DNA of 64,000 nt from Nitrospirota bacterium (GTDB lineage: Bacteria; Nitrospirota; UBA9217), in contig CAWCKW010000012.1 in NCBI GenBank assembly GCA_963796285.1, positions 480,001-544,000 on the forward strand, written 5' to 3'. Both the position numbers and the translations under genes were made by a program. Numbering within the stretch: the first letter of the stretch is position 1; every line of letters begins with the position of its first letter. The notes under the pieces were generated by a model that saw nothing but the letters and a program-made list of their open reading frames with translations, did no database searches and was not told the origin of the DNA. Below are positions 57,146 through 64,000 of the stretch, piece after piece.

Positions 57146-58255
57146 ATGAAACTATCAAATATCGGCGAGTTCGGCCTGATCCGTGCTATTCAGAAGTTGT
57201 CTTTCCAAAGCTCGCCTGACACGAGGATAGGCATCGGTGACGATGCCGCTGTTCTGAAGATTGCTCCCGCGACGCTGCTTCTGGCATCGACCGATATGCT
57301 GATAGAGGGCGTGCATTTTGACCTCACCTACACGGATTTTTATTCGCTGGGCTGGAAATCAGCAGCAATAAATCTGAGCGACATAGCAGCGATGGGAGGA
57401 AAGCCCAGGTTTTGTCTCACCTCGCTCGCACTCCCCGTACACATTTCCGTTGAAGCGGTGAAGGAGTATTACCGGGGGTTTACTTCGCTCGTACGGGCGC
57501 ATAAGACAATTCTTGTGGGTGGAGATACCTGCTCCTCCAAAGACGGTCTTGTGATCAGCGTTACCGTACTCGGCGAGGCGAAAAAACGAATGGCCGTCCC
57601 TCGAACCGGGGCGAAGCAAGGAGACCGGATCTTCGTTACCGGAACACTTGGGGATTCGGGGGCAGGGCTGGAACTTCTGAAATCAGGGGTCAGGGGTCGA
57701 GAGTCAGGAGTCAGGAGTCGGAAATCAGGAGCCAGGAGTCAGGAGCCAGAAGTCAGAAAGAACGACTCTACATCCGAAATCCGAGATCCGAAATCCGCAA
57801 TCGCGAAGCTTATTGCGCGTCATCTTCGTCCCGTGCCTCGTGTAGAGTGGGGGATGCAGATCGCGCTTTCCGGGTGCGCGAGTTCGATGATCGATGTCAG
57901 TGACGGCCTTTCGTCCGATCTGTTCCACCTCTGCGAGGAGAGCGGCGTAGGCGCTGTCCTCCTTTCAGATGCACTGCCTCTTTCCAGATCGCTCCTGAAA
58001 TCAGCGGACCAGCTTCGACAACCCCCATTGCACTATGTTTTGTCGGGGGGGGAGGACTACGAGCTCTTGTTCACGGTGCCGTTGTCGCGGATGAAAAGAT
58101 TGGAGGCGCTGCATATTCCTGTAACAGAGATCGGGCGGATCACGGCCGGAAATGAAATGTTTTTAATGAACACTGTCGGAAGAAAAACCGCATTACGGCC
58201 GACGGGATATAATCATTTCAAAAGGACCGGGAATTGCGCGAATCGCTCAACATAA
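57146..58255 (+). CDS. thiL: Thiamine-monophosphate kinase with in-frame repeat insertion
   Basis: IGEFGLI, GIGDDAA, NLSDIAAMGG, GGDT, IDVSDGL, GGEDYELLFT. Confidence 0.95.
   Translation: MKLSNIGEFGLIRAIQKLSFQSSPDTRIGIGDDAAVLKIAPATLLLASTDMLIEGVHFDLTYTDFYSLGWKSAAINLSDIAAMGGKPRFCLTSLALPVHISVEAVKEYYRGFTSLVRAHKTILVGGDTCSSKDGLVISVTVLGEAKKRMAVPRTGAKQGDRIFVTGTLGDSGAGLELLKSGVRGRESGVRSRKSGARSQEPEVRKNDSTSEIRDPKSAIAKLIARHLRPVPRVEWGMQIALSGCASSMIDVSDGLSSDLFHLCEESGVGAVLLSDALPLSRSLLKSADQLRQPPLHYVLSGGEDYELLFTVPLSRMKRLEALHIPVTEIGRITAGNEMFLMNTVGRKTALRPTGYNHFKRTGNCANRST
57683..57800 (+). repeat. Heptamer arrays inside thiL
   Basis: 11 x TCAGGAG-like (57683-57759), then 4 x TCCGAAA-like (57773-57800). Confidence 0.9.
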
Positions 58256-58277
58256 CCCCTCTGCGCAGCATGCTCGC

Positions 58278-58730
58278 ATGATATCTATCAGGGACCGCAT
58301 CAGAAGTCTTTTCCAGTTGAATGAATCGCCGAATGAGCTTGCCCTTGCTTTTGCGTTGGGCGTGTTTATTGCGTTTACTCCGACCATTGGATTGCATACG
58401 ATCAGCTGCCTTGTTTTTGCATGGATGTTCCGCTTAAACAAGCTTGTGGTCTTCACGGCGGCATTCGTGAATAATCCCTGGTCCATGGTTCCCCTCTATG
58501 GATTTTGCCTGTGGTTCGGCATAAAAATAACCGGTCTCAGTGTTGGTACCCCCAACATCGCATGGAAGGCGCTCACCTTTTCCAACGCATACGATATTTT
58601 GAGGCCCTATCTTTGGCCATTCGTTGTAGGGACGGTGGTGGTGGGGACTGTTGCGGCGGTTTTTTCTTATTTCTTCATATACTGGGCAACGGTCCGATAT
58701 CGGCGGGTAAGGGATAGTGAAAAACCGTGA
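58278..58730 (+). CDS. DUF2062 membrane protein
   Basis: SPNELALAFALGVFIAFTP, FVNNPW. Confidence 0.85.
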   Translation: MISIRDRIRSLFQLNESPNELALAFALGVFIAFTPTIGLHTISCLVFAWMFRLNKLVVFTAAFVNNPWSMVPLYGFCLWFGIKITGLSVGTPNIAWKALTFSNAYDILRPYLWPFVVGTVVVGTVAAVFSYFFIYWATVRYRRVRDSEKP

Positions 58731-58881
58731 TGATTGATGCCCGCTCTCCGAGGGCATGCTGTTCAGCGCATGCCGTTTGTTGCCAATGCCAAAGGCTGAC
58801 TGCCTGGCAGCGATGGATTTTGATCGGCAAAGCATATTCGTGCCATTCTCCTCTACAATAGAAAAGGATCAAGTTTTTTTG

Positions 58882-59904
58882 ATGCACGTGCTCATCTCGG
58901 TGGTCATTGTTAATTGGAATGGGAAGCATCTCCTGGGGGAGTGTCTTGATTCGCTGCTTGCGCAGGGCGTCGGCGGGGTCGAGATTATCCTGGTTGACAA
59001 CGGTTCACAGGATGGTTCCGCGGAATATGTGCGGGAGCGGTACCGTGACGTCAGGGTGATCAGCCTGCCGGAGAACCTTGGTTTTGCCGGGGGCAACAAC
59101 GCCGGTATCCGGATTGCTTCGGGCAAGTACATTGCGCTCCTGAATAACGATACCAAGGTTGATCCTGAATGGCTGACAAGCCTGCTGAAGGAAGCGGAAT
59201 CAAGCCCTTCTGGCGTCGGCATGTGGGCCTCCAAGATACTTTCCTATGACCATCCCGATATCATTGATAACGTCGGGCTCCTCATGTATCCGGACGGGTT
59301 GGGGAGGGGAAAGGGGAGGCTGGAGAAAGACGAAGGGCAATATGACCAAACGGCAGAGGCGTTCTTTCCGAGCGGATGCGCAGGCCTCTACCGACGGAAG
59401 ATGCTGGATGAGATCGGCCTGTTCGACGAAGAGTTCTTTGCCTATGCCGATGACGTCGATCTCGGTCTCCGCGCAAGGCTGGCCGGATGGCAATGCATCT
59501 ATGTGCCTTCCGCAAAAGTGTACCACAAGTATTCCGCCTCATCATCAGCCCATTCGCCATTCAAGGCTTTTCTCGTTGAGCGAAACCGGATATGGGTGTT
59601 GCTGAAATATTATCCTTTGGAAATGGTCCTGGTCAGCCCCTTCTGGACACTCACGCGACTTTTCGTCCATCTGTACGGCGCGCTGACCGGCAAAGGGGCA
59701 AGCGGCAGATTTTCCGAGCAGAATTCGGTTTTCTCCGCAATGGCGATCCTGCTCAAAGCCTGGTATTCGGCGCTCTCGGCGCTGCCGGGCATTATCAGGC
59801 AGCGGCGGGCGTTTTCCAAACTACGACGGATCGGACGCCGCGAACTCTACCGATTGTTCTGCAAATATCGGATATCGGCATACGAGATAGCCTTGAAAGA
59901 ATAA
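58882..59904 (+). CDS. Glycosyltransferase family 2
   Basis: SVVIVNWNG, VDNGSQDGS, NLGFAGGNN, LLNND, FFAYADDVDLG. Confidence 0.93.
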   Translation: MHVLISVVIVNWNGKHLLGECLDSLLAQGVGGVEIILVDNGSQDGSAEYVRERYRDVRVISLPENLGFAGGNNAGIRIASGKYIALLNNDTKVDPEWLTSLLKEAESSPSGVGMWASKILSYDHPDIIDNVGLLMYPDGLGRGKGRLEKDEGQYDQTAEAFFPSGCAGLYRRKMLDEIGLFDEEFFAYADDVDLGLRARLAGWQCIYVPSAKVYHKYSASSSAHSPFKAFLVERNRIWVLLKYYPLEMVLVSPFWTLTRLFVHLYGALTGKGASGRFSEQNSVFSAMAILLKAWYSALSALPGIIRQRRAFSKLRRIGRRELYRLFCKYRISAYEIALKE

Positions 59905-60163
59905 CAGGACTTATCAGGTTGCAGGGTTAAGTCTACCAAGGATTTAATCAAAGGCAAATTTTCGCGCGAAGCCGTAGCCTGCTGTTGCCCCCTGCTCTCG
60001 CGATAGCGCGGGGACAAGCCAAAACGCGGCCATAAACAAAGCCGCAAAGGAAAGCACATCAAGTCTTGACCTTGGTTTGAAACAGGAAAAAGAATTTAGT
60101 TCATTGGTTTTCTTTGCGCGCTTTGCGGCTTTGCGCGAGACGGCCGGTCGTTATGTATACCTT

Positions 60164-60859
60164 ATGAAAATACTGATCATCGTACCAGCATACAATGAAG
60201 AGGCAAGCCTCCCCGGAGTGATCCAGGACCTCAGGGAGCACATACCCGCTGCGGATGTGCTCGTGATGAACGACGGGTCTCACGATGCGACAGCGCTTGT
60301 CGCGAGGAAACTGGGGGTACCGGTGCTGGACCTGCCATTTAACCTTGGAATCGGCGGAGCAGTGCAGGCAGGTTATCTCTATGCAGAGCGGAACGCCTAT
60401 GATATCGCGGTGCAGTTCGATGGCGATGGGCAACACCTTGGCAGCGAGATAAAAAAATTGCTTGAGCCGCTTAAGGCGCAGCAGGTGGATCTCGTTGTCG
60501 GATCAAGATTCCTGGCCATTGGGGGTTACAAAGCCCCTATCTTCAGAAAGATGGGGATCGGGATATTCTCATTCGTTATCTCCCGTATTCTGGGAATAAC
60601 GGTGACGGACAGCACATCCGGTTTCCGGGCCGCGAACCGGCGGGTAATTGAGTTCTTTGCACATACCTATCCCGATGACTATCCTGAGGTGGAGTCCCTC
60701 GTCCTTCTGCATAAGGTCGGGCTGCGGATGACAGAGGTGTCCGTTACCATGAGGGAACGCACGAGCGGCAGGTCGTCGATAACGCCCATTCGCTCTGTGT
60801 ATTACATGACAAAAGTGCTCATGGCAATTTTTATCGACCTGATGAAGAAAGTGAGGTAA
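60164..60859 (+). CDS. GT2, polyprenol-phosphate glycosyltransferase (DPM1-like)
   Basis: IVPAYNEE, NDGSHD, NLGIGGA, FDGDGQH, GSRF, DSTSGFRA. Confidence 0.9.
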   Translation: MKILIIVPAYNEEASLPGVIQDLREHIPAADVLVMNDGSHDATALVARKLGVPVLDLPFNLGIGGAVQAGYLYAERNAYDIAVQFDGDGQHLGSEIKKLLEPLKAQQVDLVVGSRFLAIGGYKAPIFRKMGIGIFSFVISRILGITVTDSTSGFRAANRRVIEFFAHTYPDDYPEVESLVLLHKVGLRMTEVSVTMRERTSGRSSITPIRSVYYMTKVLMAIFIDLMKKVR

Positions 60860-60862
60860 CCT

Positions 60863-61237
60863 ATGGACATATTGAAAATATTAGCCATCGTGGTTTGCGG
60901 GATTGGTTTAATCGTGATCGTTGAACTGATCAGGAGAGGACGGCTAAAAGAAAAATATTCCCTGCTCTGGCTCTTTGCCGGCACTATTCTGCTGATCTTT
61001 TCCTTGTCAAGAGGACTGCTGGAATATGTATCCTCTTTGCTCGGCATCTATTACCCGCCTTCGCTTCTCTTCCTTCTCGCTTTTCTGTTCCTGTTGCTGA
61101 TCACACTGCACTTTTCCGTTGTTATTTCCGGATTGTCCGATAAGAACAAAAAACTGGCGCAGGAACTGGCACTATTACAGCAGCAGATGCAGGAAGACAT
61201 GGGCAGGTCTCCGGGCAAGCATGTTGCAAAGGATTAA
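60863..61237 (+). CDS. DUF2304 membrane protein
   Basis: LIRRGRLKEKYSLLWL, LGIYYPP, KKLAQELALL. Confidence 0.88.
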   Translation: MDILKILAIVVCGIGLIVIVELIRRGRLKEKYSLLWLFAGTILLIFSLSRGLLEYVSSLLGIYYPPSLLFLLAFLFLLLITLHFSVVISGLSDKNKKLAQELALLQQQMQEDMGRSPGKHVAKD

Positions 61238-61312
61238 TGCGGGAAATATTCTTTACTTTGACCAATATCCGTGCTAAATAGTTGTACGAACGTAAGGTGC
61301 ACAGGGAGGAAC

Positions 61313-62518
61313 ATGGCAGCTATGCAGGCGTTGACTGAGAAACTGAACACGGTGTTCGCAAGCAGGAGATTCAATCTTATCGCCTTCGGCATTATTGCGG
61401 GTCTGGTCCTGATCGCATATTCCAATACCTTCACCTCAAGTTTCCATTTTGACGATAACCCGTCCATTGTTGAAAATGCGACTATCAAACATGTGACCAT
61501 GGATAATATCATCACCCTGCTTAGGGGTATTCGACCGGTTGTCAATCTGAGTTTAATGCTCAATTATGCATTGGGCGGATTGAACGTCGTGGGATATCAT
61601 ATTTTCAATATCGCAGTGCATATCTCGAATAGCATCTTCGTTTATCTATTAATGCTCTGGACACTGGATCTGCCGGCATTAGCAGCGAAATATCGAGGAA
61701 AGGCCAAAAGGATGGCCTTGTTCGGTGCCCTCCTGTTTGCCGTGCATCCCATTCAGACCGAGGCGGTAACCTATATCATTACGCGTACTGAACTGCTTGC
61801 AACTTTCTTTTACCTCGGAACATTTCTCCTGTTCATTAAAGGTGCGAGGACCAACAGGTCCTCTTATTATGTCGGTGCATTCTTTACCGCGGCCCTCTCC
61901 ATGGGATCAAAGGAATGGGCAGTGACCCTGCCGGCGCTCCTGATGATCTATGATTATCTGTTCATTGCCGACGGGAAGGTTCGCGCCGTCGCCTCCCGAT
62001 GGATGGTGTATGTAGCGGTGACCATCCCGTGGGTGATCGTCTTGCGCAATCTTGACCTTTTTGCCGGTGCGGGCTCGGGCGCCGGTATAGGATTTAATGT
62101 GTCAACAACATCGGGAATCACAGCGAAAACCTTTTGGCTCACCTCTCTCAACGTTATCTGGACCTATATCAGACTCCTGTTCCTTCCCATCAAACAGAAC
62201 CTTGATTATGAATATCCCATTGCCAAGACATTATTCGAGTTCCCGACACTCCTCTCATTCATCGGCCATATTGCTGTCGTGAGCGCCACATTCTGGCTCT
62301 ATAAAAAGAAGGGATGGCTCTTGATACCCTTTGGCGTAGCGTGGTTCTACATCGGCCTGTCGCCTGTCCAGAGCTTCGTGCCGATCATCGATGTTATCTT
62401 TGAGCATCGCCTCTACATGCCATCGATAGGGTTTTTCCTTGCGTTTGTTGTTGCCTACGAGGGGCTCTTTGAGTGGTGGGAGGCCCGGCAAGAGCTCAAA
62501 AAAGGCCCGGTGGTTTGA
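61313..62518 (+). CDS. TMTC-like GT-C membrane glycosyltransferase without TPR domain
   Basis: FHFDD, RPV, YHIFNIAVH, LFAVHPIQTEAVTYI..R.ELL, SKE, EHRLYMPS. Confidence 0.8.
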   Translation: MAAMQALTEKLNTVFASRRFNLIAFGIIAGLVLIAYSNTFTSSFHFDDNPSIVENATIKHVTMDNIITLLRGIRPVVNLSLMLNYALGGLNVVGYHIFNIAVHISNSIFVYLLMLWTLDLPALAAKYRGKAKRMALFGALLFAVHPIQTEAVTYIITRTELLATFFYLGTFLLFIKGARTNRSSYYVGAFFTAALSMGSKEWAVTLPALLMIYDYLFIADGKVRAVASRWMVYVAVTIPWVIVLRNLDLFAGAGSGAGIGFNVSTTSGITAKTFWLTSLNVIWTYIRLLFLPIKQNLDYEYPIAKTLFEFPTLLSFIGHIAVVSATFWLYKKKGWLLIPFGVAWFYIGLSPVQSFVPIIDVIFEHRLYMPSIGFFLAFVVAYEGLFEWWEARQELKKGPVV

Positions 62519-62532
62519 AGTAGAAGTGTACG

Positions 62533-63684
62533 CTAAGGACGCTTCGCGGTTTTTTTGCGGGGCGTGTTCACGCTTATTACACCCAGGGTGTTTATCGCGG
62601 TCCTTTCCCAGGTAAAGGTCTTTGCCCTCTGCATGCCTGCCTCAATGAGATTCATCCGTAAGTCCTTGTCCCTGAAAACAGATAAAATTCCCCGTGCAAT
62701 AGCAGCCGGATCGTAGGGGTCCACCAGGAGAGCCGCGTTTCCCGCAATCTCGATAAGCGGCTCTATCCGGGAACACACGACGGGCACGCCGCTCGCCATT
62801 GCTTCGAGTATCGGAAGGCCGAATCCTTCATGAAGAGAGGGAAATACGAATATCTCCGCTCCCCGATACAAGAAAGGAATGTCCTCAAACGGGATCCAGC
62901 CGAGCAGGATGACGTTGTTTTGCAGGCCTAACTCCAATATCAAATCCGCCAGAGCATCCTGTCCTGTGTCCCAAGCGCCGGATAGTACCAGTTTTGTTCC
63001 AGGCAGCTCTTGTACTATTTCTTTGAATGCCTGCAAAAGCCGCGCATGGTTCTTATGGGGTAGCAAGGCAGCGGCGTAGAGCAGATAGCGTTCCGGCAAA
63101 TTATACTTCGTCCTGAACAATGACTGGGTGTCGCCGCTCCCCGGGAAGTACAGTTCATGGTCAACGGCCAGGTAGGCGACGGTTATTTTCTCGGCCCCGA
63201 TCTTGTAGTATCTTATAATGTCCTTCTTTGTCTGCCCCGAGATCGTAATGATCCCGTCTGAAGATCTGGCGCTCAGAGAGAGGATCGTTTTGAGAAAAAA
63301 GAGATAGAGACGGGAAAAATTTTGCGGCTGATTGATATGCTGAAGGTCGTAAATAACGAGTACTGACGGAACAGGGCAGACAAAGGGGGACGTCATTCCC
63401 GGGGACAGGAGTACATCGATCTTGTGACGCCAAACCTGAACAGGCAATATGAATTGTTCCCAAAGGATGCGTACCGGGCGCCTGGTCGCTGTCAGGGGAC
63501 AGCGTATGATCTTGACGCGCGGGTCTGTTTCCGGGAAGATCCCCGCGCTTTCCTTGTTGATGAAGATGCAGTACGTATTGTCCCTGTCTGTTTCCAACAG
63601 GCTCCGCACCAGGTTCCTGATGTAGGTTTCAGAACCGCCGACTTTTCCCGGCAGCAGGTACAGCGCGTTGATACCTATCCGCAT
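62533..63684 (-). CDS. Glycosyltransferase family 4
   Basis: GGSETY, PHKN, FVFPSLHEGFGLPILEAMASG. Confidence 0.93.
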   Translation of the reverse strand: MRIGINALYLLPGKVGGSETYIRNLVRSLLETDRDNTYCIFINKESAGIFPETDPRVKIIRCPLTATRRPVRILWEQFILPVQVWRHKIDVLLSPGMTSPFVCPVPSVLVIYDLQHINQPQNFSRLYLFFLKTILSLSARSSDGIITISGQTKKDIIRYYKIGAEKITVAYLAVDHELYFPGSGDTQSLFRTKYNLPERYLLYAAALLPHKNHARLLQAFKEIVQELPGTKLVLSGAWDTGQDALADLILELGLQNNVILLGWIPFEDIPFLYRGAEIFVFPSLHEGFGLPILEAMASGVPVVCSRIEPLIEIAGNAALLVDPYDPAAIARGILSVFRDKDLRMNLIEAGMQRAKTFTWERTAINTLGVISVNTPRKKTAKRP

Positions 63685-63686
63685 GA

Positions 63687-64000
63687 TCAGTATTCCTTAT
63701 AGATGTCCGTCCATGTTTTGAAAAGCTTCCGAAGATTGGACGGACGCAGCAGCTTCACATCTTCACGTCTGATCCCCCTGTTCAATCTCAGATAGCACGC
63801 TGCTGCATAGGGGAGGGAGAGCAGTACAAGAACAACAGTGGATTTGCCGAGCGCGGCAGGCAGCCTTGCCTGGAGGAGGGCATGACAGTACATGTATACG
63901 CGATTGAGCGGGGCCCAGCCGTAATGCTTCCTCACAATGTCAAGGGCCTCTTTGTGATTGGCCAGGGCCGCTTTTGGGGAAAGCGTTTTCGATTCTTCGT
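63687..64000 (-). CDS. C-terminus of a probable GT2, 5' end outside window
   Basis: Open frame ...EESKTLS...HKEALDIVRKHYGWAPL... ending 2 bp before the GT4 start. Confidence 0.5.
   Translation of the reverse strand, partial: EESKTLSPKAALANHKEALDIVRKHYGWAPLNRVYMYCHALLQARLPAALGKSTVVLVLLSLPYAAACYLRLNRGIRREDVKLLRPSNLRKLFKTWTDIYKEY

Overview
Core-chromosome segment of a GC-rich Gram-negative bacterium. Gene order resembles Nitrospirota/Desulfobacterota (inference). It carries recA-pilT-recX-alaS, a tRNA cluster (Pro, Arg x3, His, Leu), tig-clpP-clpX-engB, dprA-smg-topA-xerC-hslVU-argB, alr-mlaEFD, galU-lon-thiL and a glycosyltransferase cluster. About 15 genes, including essential ones, are broken by single-base indels, most likely uncorrected long-read errors. 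Points of interest: (1) a small hypothetical protein (8851-9258) that carries the motifs of the eukaryotic phosphohistidine phosphatase PHPT1/Janus-Ocnus family; (2) about 20 elements built from 7-mer or 9-mer tandem repeats at gene junctions, mostly as inverted pairs, one inserted in-frame in thiL; (3) an integrase-less island in the tRNA cluster with four orphan tRNA-Lys 3' fragments, three of them in a ~133-bp tandem array; (4) a Zn-ribbon-free, actinobacterial-style topA at the native topA position; (5) a porin-multiheme cytochrome locus (MtrC/OmcB-like decaheme plus ExtBCD-like genes) next to an orphan GspC-like gene. No CRISPR array, rRNA or intact transposase was seen. All family assignments come from motif recognition; no database search was run.
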